From: a virus
Lineage: Duplodnaviria > Heunggongvirae > Uroviricota > Caudoviricetes
IMG/VR virus record: IMGVR_UViG_3300032257_000005
Location: 1-64,000 of that record
Length of the DNA: 64,000 nucleotides
Strand: one strand, 5' to 3'
Under the pieces are notes generated by a model that saw only the letters and a list, made by a program, of their open reading frames with translations, made no database searches and had not been told where the DNA came from. Positions 8,183-17,394 of the stretch are shown one piece after another; within the stretch, counting starts at the first letter, position 1; each line of letters starts with the position of its first letter. The translations under genes and the position numbers were made by a program.

Positions 8183-9397
8183 TTATCCTTTTACATTTAT
8201 AACTTGCTTTAATGTATGAACGATATCAACTAAATCAGATTGATTTTCCATAACTACATCAATAGATTTATATGCCGATGGTATTTCATCAATTCTTGCT
8301 TCATCTTTTGGACATTCAATACCTTCTGTTTGTGAAATTAAATCATCAACTGTATACATTTTTTTAGCTTGATTTCGCCCTAACTTTCTACCAGCACCAT
8401 GAGAACATGAACAAAATGAATCTTTATTACCTTTACCTTTTACAATAAATGATTTTGCTCCCATACTGCCGGGTATAATTCCCATATCGCCTTCACGCGC
8501 ACGAATAGCACCTTTTCGAGTAACCCAAACATTTGAACCAAAATGGTTTTCTCTTGATATATAATTGTGGTGACAATTGATTGCACTTTTATCTGTTCCG
8601 AAATTTCCAAAATGATTATGTAGAACTTTTAAAACTGCTTGCATCATAACTAAACGACTTTGTTCAGCGAAATCTTGCGCCCATAAAACAGCATTACAAT
8701 AATCATCAAATATTTCTGTATGCTCAACTAAATAAGAAAGGTCTTTATCTGGAAGAAAAGGTGTAATATGATAACGTTCCATTTCACGTTTTGCTTGTTC
8801 AATAAAATATGAACCTATTTTATTTCCAGCACCCCTTGAGCCTGAATGTAACATAACCCAAACATTATCATTTTCATCAAGACATATTTCAATAAAATGA
8901 TTTCCTCCACCAAGCGTACCCATATGCTGCCATGAATTATAACCTTTAGCTTTAGGATGCTTGAGTATTATTTCATCATAACGTGATGCTAAGGGAATCC
9001 ATCTATCTGAAGCATCTACTGAAATTGTATCTTGCCAACCACCTTTATCATTTATACCGCCATTATCAGTACGTCCATGTGGTACAGCCGCTTCAATATC
9101 AGTTCTGATAGTATGTAAATTATCCGGTAATTCATTAGCAGTAATTGTTGTTTTTACTGCAATCATTCCGCAACCAAGATCAACACCAACCGCAGCAGGT
9201 ATAATTGCGCCTTTTGATGGAATAACAGAACCGATAGTTGCACCCATACCCCAATGAACATCAGGCATAGCCGCAATATGTTTATGAATGAAATTCATTT
9301 GCGACATGTTTTCTAATTGCTTCATAGCATTATCATCTATGTCATTAGTCCATATTTTTACTGGCTTACCTTTATTTATAACTTTTTTTATTGGCAT
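8183..9397 (-). CDS. rtcB: RtcB-family RNA 3'-phosphate/2',3'-cyclic-phosphate ligase
   Basis: 404 aa. Typical RtcB segments are present: N-terminal ...AAMPDVHWGMGATIGSV..., ...HSGSRGAGNKIG..., and C-terminal ...CSCSHGAGRKLGR.... Confidence 0.8.
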   Translation of the reverse strand: MPIKKVINKGKPVKIWTNDIDDNAMKQLENMSQMNFIHKHIAAMPDVHWGMGATIGSVIPSKGAIIPAAVGVDLGCGMIAVKTTITANELPDNLHTIRTDIEAAVPHGRTDNGGINDKGGWQDTISVDASDRWIPLASRYDEIILKHPKAKGYNSWQHMGTLGGGNHFIEICLDENDNVWVMLHSGSRGAGNKIGSYFIEQAKREMERYHITPFLPDKDLSYLVEHTEIFDDYCNAVLWAQDFAEQSRLVMMQAVLKVLHNHFGNFGTDKSAINCHHNYISRENHFGSNVWVTRKGAIRAREGDMGIIPGSMGAKSFIVKGKGNKDSFCSCSHGAGRKLGRNQAKKMYTVDDLISQTEGIECPKDEARIDEIPSAYKSIDVVMENQSDLVDIVHTLKQVINVKG

Positions 9398-9409
9398 AAT
9401 AATACCTCT

Positions 9410-9880
9410 TTAATTCCAATTTTCTCTCAATTTTACTTTCTCAAATACAGTTTTATGACCTGCAATATTATTACATTCTTTATGCGCTAATACTTTATTT
9501 TCCATTCTATTACTACCACCGTGTATTAAGCTTAATAAATGTTCTTCAGACATTTCATTGTCATTCATTTCCTGATTACAATAAAAACATTTATTACCAT
9601 CACGCGCTAAAAGTTGTCTTATTTGTTTTGATACATTTCTTTTAGTTGAATTAAATCTACCATCCCATTTTTTAGCTGTTAAAAAACAATCAATAGCTTC
9701 TGTTACAAATGGCGCGCTAACACTAATACCTCTTTTACCTTTATAAATAACACCAGTACCATGTTTACAATTAAACCTTAATAACTCATAAGGATTTGTT
9801 GCAGGTATTATTTCAGCACCTAATTGTTTTAACCATTTTTCAAAATTATTAATTCTATTAGTGCCTAATCGTCTAATCAT
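9410..9880 (-). CDS. HNH endonuclease
   Basis: C-terminal ...CFYCNQEM...EHLLSLIHGGSNRMENKVLAHKECNNIAGHK is an HNH motif with Cys pairs. Confidence 0.6.
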   Translation of the reverse strand: MIRRLGTNRINNFEKWLKQLGAEIIPATNPYELLRFNCKHGTGVIYKGKRGISVSAPFVTEAIDCFLTAKKWDGRFNSTKRNVSKQIRQLLARDGNKCFYCNQEMNDNEMSEEHLLSLIHGGSNRMENKVLAHKECNNIAGHKTVFEKVKLRENWN

Positions 9881-9894
9881 TTATAAACTCCCGA

Positions 9895-10215
9895 TTATGG
9901 TCTATACCGATTAATTAAAGTATCAGCAACTTCATCAAAATCAACTTTTCTTAATCCAGCTCTGATTAAATCATTATAGATAGATGCACTAACAACAGCA
10001 TCAGCTTCACTAAAGTAATGCTTTTCCATGTCTTTAGATAAAGTTTCAATAGGTGATTCATCCATTTCAATATTAGGTTGAATTTCTAATTGTGCATAAA
10101 ACTTAGCCTTATCATCCCACAATAGCATTTGTGTTTCTGATGTAGTAATCCAACTAACCATCATCCACGTTTCGATAGTTGAAAATTCATTTGGTTGCAT
10201 TATGCTGACTCCCAT
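9895..10215 (-). CDS. hypothetical protein
   Basis: ORF only. Confidence 0.3.
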   Translation of the reverse strand: MGVSIMQPNEFSTIETWMMVSWITTSETQMLLWDDKAKFYAQLEIQPNIEMDESPIETLSKDMEKHYFSEADAVVSASIYNDLIRAGLRKVDFDEVADTLINRYRP

Positions 10216-10409
10216 TGTAATTGTTGTGTATCATTTTCATAATTAAGCTGCTCAAATAACTGTACATGCCCATCATGCTTAGGCGTGTAAAAATTTATTA
10301 TTTGTTGTAATGAATAATCAGGTGTTTCATTAATACAATCCATTAGCTCATAATAAATATCAGTTGGGCATACAGTTAAAGCCTTTTGTTCTAAATCATC
10401 CCGTTTCAT
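10200..10409 (-). CDS. hypothetical protein
   Basis: ORF only. Confidence 0.3.
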   Translation of the reverse strand: MKRDDLEQKALTVCPTDIYYELMDCINETPDYSLQQIINFYTPKHDGHVQLFEQLNYENDTQQLQWESA

Positions 10410-10411
10410 TT

Positions 10412-10633
10412 TTAATTAACCTCAATTAATCCCTGTGGAAAATAACTTAGTAATTCATCTGTTATTTTATCTTCGGTATAGCAGTTATGAAATTCACCTT
10501 CAAACCATTCAAATGCTAACGCTCTACCACTTTTATAATCTTTTGCATTAATAACAGCTATACAATCTTTATCTAATGTTTTGCCATTTATAGAATGAAC
10601 ATGTATTTGACCAAATGTTATGTATACTTTCAT
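10412..10633 (-). CDS. hypothetical protein
   Basis: ORF only. Confidence 0.3.
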   Translation of the reverse strand: MKVYITFGQIHVHSINGKTLDKDCIAVINAKDYKSGRALAFEWFEGEFHNCYTEDKITDELLSYFPQGLIEVN

Positions 10634-10643
10634 TTTTTAATCC

Positions 10644-11708
10644 TTAATACGAAATTGTTATATGTGGTATTTGTCCTTTTGCTATCGCAATTATTGCTTT
10701 TTCTGCTTGTGTTTTATTCATACCACTAATAACAAAAGCATCTAAAGCAGCATTGTTTATTTTCTTTTTATGTGCTTTATTAGCCTCACGGTTTTTAGCA
10801 GCAATTTCTTCATTGATTCTTTCTTGCTCAATTCTATCTCGCTCGCGTTGTGCAGCTAATTCAATATCCTCCTTAGCTTTACGTTCTGCTTCAATAGCTT
10901 TTTTTTCAGCAAAAACCTTAGCTTGCAAAGCTTCATTTTTTTCTTTTTCTACGCGATCAGCATCTTCTTTGGCCTTCGCTTTTGCTTTAACCATTTCTTG
11001 CTCAATTCGTTTGGTTTCTATTTCCGCTTTTTCTTTAGCTTCTTTTTTTGCTCGTTCTTCACCTTCCAATCTTAATTTTTCTTCTTGGTCTTTGCGTTCA
11101 CGTTCTTCTGCTTCTTGTCTTAATTTTAATAGTTCAGCTTGTTCATCATCGTATTTAATACGTTTTTCTATAGCTTGTTTAACGTTAATCATTGCATTTT
11201 CTTTAGCTATAGCGGCCTCATTAGCATATTCTTCCCATGAATCATTTATTTTTTTTGATTCAATCTCTTTTAATATATCTTGTATGGCTTCTAGTTGTAA
11301 ATCCATCCAATTATCAAGAGAATAAATACCAGAACTTTTTATTTCTGAAATATTTGTAGTATGTTTTTCAATTCTATTTTTTTCAATTTCTTCCCATTCT
11401 GTTAATGGCTTACGAACTTCATCTTTCAGATTATCCAGATATTCACGTATTTTTTTACGTTCAGCATCAACTATTTTAGATTTAGCTTTCCAATCTGAAA
11501 CAAGATCTTTACCAGCATCATCAAGATATGTTTTTGATTTAGCAACCTTATAAGCCATACTAGCTATTTCTTTACGACCTTTACTTGTGGTTACATCAAA
11601 AGTAATATCAGTAACTTCATCCTTGATTTTTTTAAGTAGATCACTAGACCCGTCTTGGTTAAATACCTCTATAATATTTATTTTTTCTAAAACCGTTAAT
11701 TCATTCAT
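10644..11708 (-). CDS. hypothetical coiled-coil protein (Lys/Glu/Ala-rich, ERKAKEDIELAAQRERDRIEQERINEE...)
   Basis: Long ORF dominated by a charged heptad-like composition. Confidence 0.4.
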   Translation of the reverse strand: MNELTVLEKINIIEVFNQDGSSDLLKKIKDEVTDITFDVTTSKGRKEIASMAYKVAKSKTYLDDAGKDLVSDWKAKSKIVDAERKKIREYLDNLKDEVRKPLTEWEEIEKNRIEKHTTNISEIKSSGIYSLDNWMDLQLEAIQDILKEIESKKINDSWEEYANEAAIAKENAMINVKQAIEKRIKYDDEQAELLKLRQEAEERERKDQEEKLRLEGEERAKKEAKEKAEIETKRIEQEMVKAKAKAKEDADRVEKEKNEALQAKVFAEKKAIEAERKAKEDIELAAQRERDRIEQERINEEIAAKNREANKAHKKKINNAALDAFVISGMNKTQAEKAIIAIAKGQIPHITISY

Positions 11709-11710
11709 TT

Positions 11711-11911
11711 CTATTCCTCAACTTTATGTTTTTCATAGTAAGGTCGTGCATATTCCATAATTATTTTGCCTAACATCGGTTCGTTGTTAGTAACTATTGC
11801 GTATGATATTAATCCCGCAATCATTTCACCCTGATCTTTATCGTAATCTTCTTTAGGTATTCCATCAGGGCCAATAGCTTCCCATATAATATTTTGATTA
11901 TGTTTATTCAT
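11711..11911 (-). CDS. hypothetical protein
   Basis: ORF only. Confidence 0.3.
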   Translation of the reverse strand: MNKHNQNIIWEAIGPDGIPKEDYDKDQGEMIAGLISYAIVTNNEPMLGKIIMEYARPYYEKHKVEE

Positions 11912-11913
11912 TT

Positions 11914-12138
11914 CTAATCATCCAATTTAAAGTGTTCAGTTTCACCAGCGTTTTCAAAACGTTCTTTCATTTTTGTAAATTCACTATCAATTGCATTAAT
12001 AATTGCATCAATTTGTTTTTTATTATATTTATAATTTGATTTATCTGATAGATTACCAATTAAACGTATTTGTTTTATTGTTTTATTAGTTCTAATTGTG
12101 GCAAGACTTTTAAATTTTTCTTCACGATCAGTTTTCAT
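11914..12138 (-). CDS. hypothetical protein
   Basis: ORF. It is preceded by cassette copy e (AACCGAAAAAAGGTAAATGAA-ATG). Confidence 0.35.
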   Translation of the reverse strand: MKTDREEKFKSLATIRTNKTIKQIRLIGNLSDKSNYKYNKKQIDAIINAIDSEFTKMKERFENAGETEHFKLDD

Positions 12139-12356
12139 TTCATTTACCTTTTTTCGGTTGTTAGTTTAATGGCCGTATTGTTCAACAATAGTAAATTTAC
12201 CATTATTAGTATGATCTTTAGTAGTTATGCTTAAAATATAATCTTCAGCTTCATCTATTGTGTTGAATACTAAAGGTACATTTTTTCATTTGCAATATAT
12301 TCAGAACAATGTGTTTTATTATACGTGTATAATATTGAATACATTTTAATTCTCCT

Positions 12357-12665
12357 TTATAAACTCAAGTACAAGCCAGTTTCATTTTCAAAATATTCTT
12401 TCAGTTGATCAAAATAAAGACCTTCAACTTCAGAACGTACTGTGTAATTCATTGATCTGATATAACCAAATTCAGCACTATATGTATCATCAACTTTTAA
12501 TATCAGCTTAAAATAATTTGCTTTGTTACGTGCTTTACTAGGGAAGCGAAAGGATACTGAATTTTCATCCTTTGCAAAATTCTTTGCACCAATCATTGCT
12601 ACTAATCTATTGATACCGTTGTTAGCTTGGGCTAATTGGTTAAGTGCTGTATTTGCGTCTATCAT
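12357..12665 (-). CDS. hypothetical protein (the start is reassigned to the ATG at 12665)
   Basis: ORF. The track start is a GTG inside the Shine-Dalgarno sequence of cassette copy b. Confidence 0.35.
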   Translation of the reverse strand: MIDANTALNQLAQANNGINRLVAMIGAKNFAKDENSVSFRFPSKARNKANYFKLILKVDDTYSAEFGYIRSMNYTVRSEVEGLYFDQLKEYFENETGLYLSL

Positions 12666-12716
12666 GTTGTTCACCTTTTTTCGGTTCGTTTAAGTTATGA
12701 TTTAATTATACACACA
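12666..12716 (-). promoter_or_regulatory. conserved promoter + 5'UTR cassette copy b (GTGTATAATT...AACCGAAAAAAGGTGAACAAC-ATG)
   Basis: Sequence repeat, see 7740..7795. Confidence 0.5.
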
Positions 12717-12798
12717 ATAATCATAAATGCAAACAATTTGTAAGTTATTGATTTATATATGGATATAAAGATATATTGATACTACTATATATAACTTA

Positions 12799-13095
12799 TT
12801 GATATTATCGTATAATAATCAGATGAATTTAACGAAACGACAAAAATATAGACGTGATAACCCTGTACAGCCTAAAAAGAAATATCATAAATGGCAGAAC
12901 TATAAATTTTATAAAGTAATTGAAAAGGCTTTTGGAAAACCAAACGCTATTAAAAAATGTTCAGAACAAACAGGCTTTTCAATTTATACAATTTATAACT
13001 GGATAAAACGTTGTGGTGTTTATAATAAAAATTCACAAGATCTTTTACGCTATCGTGGGTTTGATCCTGAGACACTTGAGAAAATTGAAAAGTAA
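12799..13095 (+). CDS. small HTH-containing protein (possible early regulator)
   Basis: ...NAIKKCSEQTGFSIYTIYNWIKR... resembles an HTH. This is the first gene of the plus-strand block. Confidence 0.3.
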   Translation: MILSYNNQMNLTKRQKYRRDNPVQPKKKYHKWQNYKFYKVIEKAFGKPNAIKKCSEQTGFSIYTIYNWIKRCGVYNKNSQDLLRYRGFDPETLEKIEK

Positions 13096-13127
13096 TATTG
13101 ATATGACAACTTGAGGGTTATATAATT

Positions 13128-13397
13128 ATGTTTAGAAGAAAATGTATATTTTGTGGGTTAAAGGAAGGTTGTATAAAAAGAGTTGTTAAACGTTGGGCTT
13201 ATGAGTCAATTAAACATTCTTATCATGAAGATTGTTTTAAAAAAGTAATATGCAATCCTGAAGATAATGAAAAAATGGTAGATACAGCATTAGAGATTGA
13301 TGAAATATTATCTATTGAAAGAGAAAAGCAACGTAATAAAAAAGAATTTAAAAATAGAAAATTAACATATGCACAAGAATATCATTGCGATAAATGA
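13128..13397 (+). CDS. hypothetical Cys-containing protein
   Basis: ORF; CxxC...H..C pattern. Confidence 0.3.
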   Translation: MFRRKCIFCGLKEGCIKRVVKRWAYESIKHSYHEDCFKKVICNPEDNEKMVDTALEIDEILSIEREKQRNKKEFKNRKLTYAQEYHCDK

Positions 13398-13717
13398 TGA
13401 ATGGTGTAAAACCAAATCAACTAATGCAAAAACGTCATAATAATATGCGTGAGATAGGTTGTATTATTTGTAAAAAAGAAAAAGGTATTTTTACACCACC
13501 ACAAATTCATCATATTAACGGTTGTAAAACACAAGAACGACATGCTGAAACTTTAGCACTTTGTTACCTACATCATATGGCTGATCAGAACATGCCTATG
13601 GATGATCGTTACGTTAGTAGACACCCGTTTAAATGGCGTTTTGAAAGTCGCTATGGTACAGAACAAAAATTATTAGAATATCAAAATGAATTATTGGGAG
13701 AATATAATGGAGAATAG
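13394..13717 (+). CDS. hypothetical Cys/His-rich (zinc-binding, HNH-like?) protein
   Basis: CIICKK...IHHINGCK...CYLHH pattern. Confidence 0.3.
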   Translation: MMNGVKPNQLMQKRHNNMREIGCIICKKEKGIFTPPQIHHINGCKTQERHAETLALCYLHHMADQNMPMDDRYVSRHPFKWRFESRYGTEQKLLEYQNELLGEYNGE

Positions 13718-13719
13718 AA

Positions 13720-13899
13720 ATGCACATATTTCATAAATGGTCTAAATGGGAAAAGTATGAACAAAGTGTAATAGAATATCCGGGCATAATTGCACCTAAA
13801 AATATGCGAGGAAAACCAATTGAAAATACTCAATTAAGACAAAAACGATTATGTGAAAAATGTGGATATTTACAAGATAAAGAAATATATAGATATTGA
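13720..13899 (+). CDS. small KW-x-KWE / CxxC protein (59 aa), paralogue of 17213..17377; not in the ORF track
   Basis: MHIFHKWSKWEKYEQ...RLCEKCGY.... The start sits in the GAGAATAGAAATG context. Confidence 0.35.
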   Translation: MHIFHKWSKWEKYEQSVIEYPGIIAPKNMRGKPIENTQLRQKRLCEKCGYLQDKEIYRY

Positions 13900-14082
13900 T
13901 TTATTTAGAAAAAAAGCGTATAAAAAAAGACCAACCTCGTTAAAGGCTGGCCTCTTATCAAATCAAGTTCGTAGCTTGTTTGATAGCACCACTGGATTGT
14001 AAGGAATCCCTTGGAATGAATCTATTTTACATTCCAGAAAGTTCTATTTCAATCCTTTTATTAATTTAATAGGAGATTTTTA

Positions 14083-14688
14083 ATGACTACTTTAAAATTT
14101 AATTCAGAAAAAGATTTTGAAAATTATATATGTAAATTAATGGATGAAACAAAAGAGTGTCCATTGTTAGGAGAAAGTATTTCTGGATATCAACAAAAAT
14201 TTAATATTGGAAATTATGGTGAAATAGATATTATTAGATATCATTGTGATTATGAAGGCTATGTTTTTATAACAATAATTGAATTAAAAAAAGAAATTAT
14301 TGATATGAAAGCTGTTGCTCAAATATGTAGATATATAGAAGGTGTTAAAAATTTTATAGCTGATAAAACGAATAATTATATTAAAAATATAAATATTCAA
14401 GCTGTTCTGTCAGCACCCAATATAAAAATGAATGATGATACTATTTTCTTAATAAATGCTATTGAATGCTTATCTATATGTACAATAGACTTATCATTGG
14501 AGGATGGTTTTAAAAGTAATTGGATCTCAAGTGAAAATATTATAAATAAGCCTAATTATGGTGAAATGTGTCAATTATGGGAAAAAATAGATAAAGAAGT
14601 AAAAATATCTACTGAAGAATATCAATTATATTTAAAAAAAGAAAATTCAAATAACATTATAAATATAAATGGTGATAAGCATGACTGA
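14083..14688 (+). CDS. hypothetical protein, possible PD-(D/E)xK nuclease fold
   Basis: ...GEIDIIRYHCDYEGYVFITIIELKKE... resembles a D...E-x-K core. Confidence 0.3.
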   Translation: MTTLKFNSEKDFENYICKLMDETKECPLLGESISGYQQKFNIGNYGEIDIIRYHCDYEGYVFITIIELKKEIIDMKAVAQICRYIEGVKNFIADKTNNYIKNINIQAVLSAPNIKMNDDTIFLINAIECLSICTIDLSLEDGFKSNWISSENIINKPNYGEMCQLWEKIDKEVKISTEEYQLYLKKENSNNIININGDKHD

Positions 14689-15400
14689 ACAATCATCTTA
14701 TTACGCAATAATTCCTGCAAATGTTAGATATAGTGATAAATTAAAACCAATGGAAAAGTTAATGTATGGTGAAATAACTTGTTTAGCAAATAAAAAAGGT
14801 TATTGTTATGCATCAAATAAATATTTTGCTGAATTGTATAATGTTAGTAAAAATACAGTTAGTATTTGGATTAATAATCTTGTTAAACAAAGCTTTATAG
14901 ATACTAGGTTAATTAAAAAAGGAAAAGAAATTATAGAACGTAGGCTATATTTAAAAAACACTATACCTATCACTGAAAATGATGATAGGGGTATCATTAA
15001 AAACAGTGAGGATAATACTACAAGTATTAATAATACGAGAAAAGAAAGTGTCGAAAGAATTTTTGAATATTGGAAATTAATAATGAATACATCTAAATCG
15101 GTGTTTGATGATAAACGTGATAGAGATATACGAAAAGGTTTAAAGCTATTTAACGAAAATGAATTAATGCAAGCAATAGATGGTTGTAGTAAAACGCCTC
15201 ATAATATGGGTGACAATGATCAAAACACTAAGTATAATGGGTTGCATGTAATATTTAAAAATGCAGATCAAATTGAACGGTTTATAAATAATAATAAAAA
15301 TCCACCACGTAAACCAGAAAATGAAGTTGATAGGGTAAAAAGAAATTTATTAAATAATATAAATAATAGTCATGCAGTAATCGAAGGGGATTTTGAATGA
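14669..15400 (+). CDS. replication initiation/primosome-organiser-like protein (N-terminal DnaD-type HTH)
   Basis: N-terminal ...KLMYGEITCLANKKGYCYASNKYFAELYNVSKNTVSIWINNLVKQSFI... matches the HTH_36-type replisome-organiser motif. Confidence 0.45.
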   Translation: MVISMTEQSSYYAIIPANVRYSDKLKPMEKLMYGEITCLANKKGYCYASNKYFAELYNVSKNTVSIWINNLVKQSFIDTRLIKKGKEIIERRLYLKNTIPITENDDRGIIKNSEDNTTSINNTRKESVERIFEYWKLIMNTSKSVFDDKRDRDIRKGLKLFNENELMQAIDGCSKTPHNMGDNDQNTKYNGLHVIFKNADQIERFINNNKNPPRKPENEVDRVKRNLLNNINNSHAVIEGDFE

Positions 15401-15948
15401 TGAATGATAGATTTAGTGCATTTTGGTTTTCAATGATTGAATTATACGGTCAATCATGGATTAGAGAACATGGTGAACAACCCGGCCCACTTTGGGTAGA
15501 AGCTATAAAATCATTATCTGATGAACGTTTACAAGCTGCTATTTTAGTTTGTCGTGATTATGGTGATGATTACTGTATAAACTTATCTCAATTTATGGGT
15601 CGTGCTAGAGAAGTACGTTTACCACAAAAACATCCAGATGCTTTACCTGCACCAAAAGTTTCCAAAGAGAAACAACATCAAAATATCAAAAAAATAAATA
15701 AAGCAATTAAATCCATAAAATCTAAAAAATCAGTACGTAATGTTTATCTGCCTAACGAAACATTAGACGATTATAAAGATGCGCTTGGTCTTGCTGTACG
15801 TAAAGGTATTAGTGAGTTTGATTTTATATGGGATCGTTTAAAGCAAAATGGTTGGACGGTAGAAAAAGAAAAAACATACGCACAATGGGCAAGATCAATT
15901 CGATATAATTTATATAAAGGCACTATACAGTTGGTGTCATATGATTAA
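15397..15948 (+). CDS. hypothetical protein
   Basis: ORF with start/stop overlap to its neighbour. Confidence 0.35.
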   Translation: MMNDRFSAFWFSMIELYGQSWIREHGEQPGPLWVEAIKSLSDERLQAAILVCRDYGDDYCINLSQFMGRAREVRLPQKHPDALPAPKVSKEKQHQNIKKINKAIKSIKSKKSVRNVYLPNETLDDYKDALGLAVRKGISEFDFIWDRLKQNGWTVEKEKTYAQWARSIRYNLYKGTIQLVSYD

Positions 15949-16089
15949 TTTTTTTGATACTTTATTGACTGCACTTTTTAGTTTTTTCGGATCATTGCTT
16001 GTAGTTTTATTTCTTATAAGCATGGTATTAATAATACAGCCTTGGTTTTGGCTTGCAGTTATTGCTATTACTTTAATTTTAAATATCTA

Positions 16090-16275
16090 ATGGCAAAACA
16101 TAAAAAACAATACAAAAAAGAAAAAGTGGTAAAGATACCACACGAAATGTTATGGCCTAGAGAAATCGCGGCAGGGTACAGAAACGGAAAGACTATTGAA
16201 TGGGTGGTTGAACAATGTAAAAAATTTGCTAACCCTGAAGCTGCTTATGCATGGGTTAAATCATATATCAATTAG
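16090..16275 (+). CDS. hypothetical small basic protein (the start is probably MAKHKKQ)
   Basis: ORF only. Confidence 0.3.
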   Translation: MAKHKKQYKKEKVVKIPHEMLWPREIAAGYRNGKTIEWVVEQCKKFANPEAAYAWVKSYIN

Positions 16276-16284
16276 GAGAATACA

Positions 16285-16770
16285 ATGTCAGAAATGATGC
16301 AATTGAATAATGCAACAATTACCAAAACAGGTTTACAGATTCGTGAAGGTATTAATTTTGAAGAATGGGAACAAATAGGAAAGCAACTTGGTGAGGTTAA
16401 ACAGGGTTTGCTTTGGTGGATAGGTGATTGGTGTAATTATGGTGAGCGTAGTTACGGCGAGAAATATTCTCAAGCAATGGAAGAAACGGGTAAATCATAC
16501 GGCACAATTAAAAATGCTGCTTTTATGTCAAGACGTTTTCCACCACAACAACGTGATGATAAATTAACGTATTCACATTATGCAGTAGTAGCGGGTTTAC
16601 CTGATGAAATTTGTGATCGGTTATTAACATTAGCAAGTGATAATGATTTTACGGTTAAAGATTTAAAAGAAAAACGTTACGAAATGGAAGATAAGGTAAC
16701 ACCAAAAGTTAGAAATGAAGCGCATGTTACCTGTCCTGAATGTGGGCATAATTTTGAAGTAGAAAAATAG
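16285..16770 (+). CDS. hypothetical protein with a C-terminal zinc ribbon (CPECGHNFEVEK)
   Basis: ORF; CxxC...CxxC-like end. Confidence 0.35.
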   Translation: MSEMMQLNNATITKTGLQIREGINFEEWEQIGKQLGEVKQGLLWWIGDWCNYGERSYGEKYSQAMEETGKSYGTIKNAAFMSRRFPPQQRDDKLTYSHYAVVAGLPDEICDRLLTLASDNDFTVKDLKEKRYEMEDKVTPKVRNEAHVTCPECGHNFEVEK

Positions 16771-16807
16771 TTCACCAACTATAATTCATCAATAAAGGGG
16801 AATAATT

Positions 16808-17173
16808 ATGAGTAGCGAAATATTAACAGGAAAACTAGAAGGTGTAATTGCTAATCTAGCTGAATCATTTGGAACAACTGTACCACATCTTTATCAAGTT
16901 TTAACTAATCATGCTTATGTTAAAGCTTTACAAGCGGGAATGTTTTTTTTGCTTGTAGTTTTATTATGGTATCTATTCATAATAATAAACAAAAAAAAAG
17001 AAAGGTTTAATTTATTTTTTGATGATAATGAAGCTATAGATGTATTTAATTTTATTAGCAGTATTATTATTAGTTTAGCTTCTATAATTAGCCTAATTTG
17101 GATGATTGATGCATTTTCAATGCTTTTAAATCCAGAAAAATATGCTATAGACCAATTAATGAAGTTTTTTTAA
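16808..17173 (+). CDS. membrane protein
   Basis: Two long hydrophobic helices. Confidence 0.35.
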   Translation: MSSEILTGKLEGVIANLAESFGTTVPHLYQVLTNHAYVKALQAGMFFLLVVLLWYLFIIINKKKERFNLFFDDNEAIDVFNFISSIIISLASIISLIWMIDAFSMLLNPEKYAIDQLMKFF

Positions 17174-17212
17174 ATAAGTAATACCGATTCACCATCGTAT
17201 AGAGGAATATTA

Positions 17213-17377
17213 TGGATTTACCACTATGCAATAAATGGTATATACGACATGAATTCACAAAATGGGAGGATACAGAAAGATATAAAAAAGGTGAAATAGA
17301 ATTACAGAAACAAGAAAGAAGATGTATTTTTTGTAATAAATTAGAAAGTCAAATAATAGATGTAAAGCTTAATTACT
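17213..17377 (+). CDS. small KW-x-KWE / CxxC protein (54 aa), paralogue of 13720..13899; not in the ORF track
   Basis: MDLPLCNKWYIRHEFTKWEDTERY...RRCIFCNK.... Confidence 0.35.
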
Positions 17378-17394
17378 AAAAAGAGGAAATAGAA

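Noticed and set aside
10753-11325. 190-aa plus-strand ORF rich in Ser/Ala/Leu
   Set aside because: It is antisense to the long coiled-coil gene 10644..11708. Its low-complexity composition is just the mirror image of the GAA/AAG-rich sense strand, and there is no start context.
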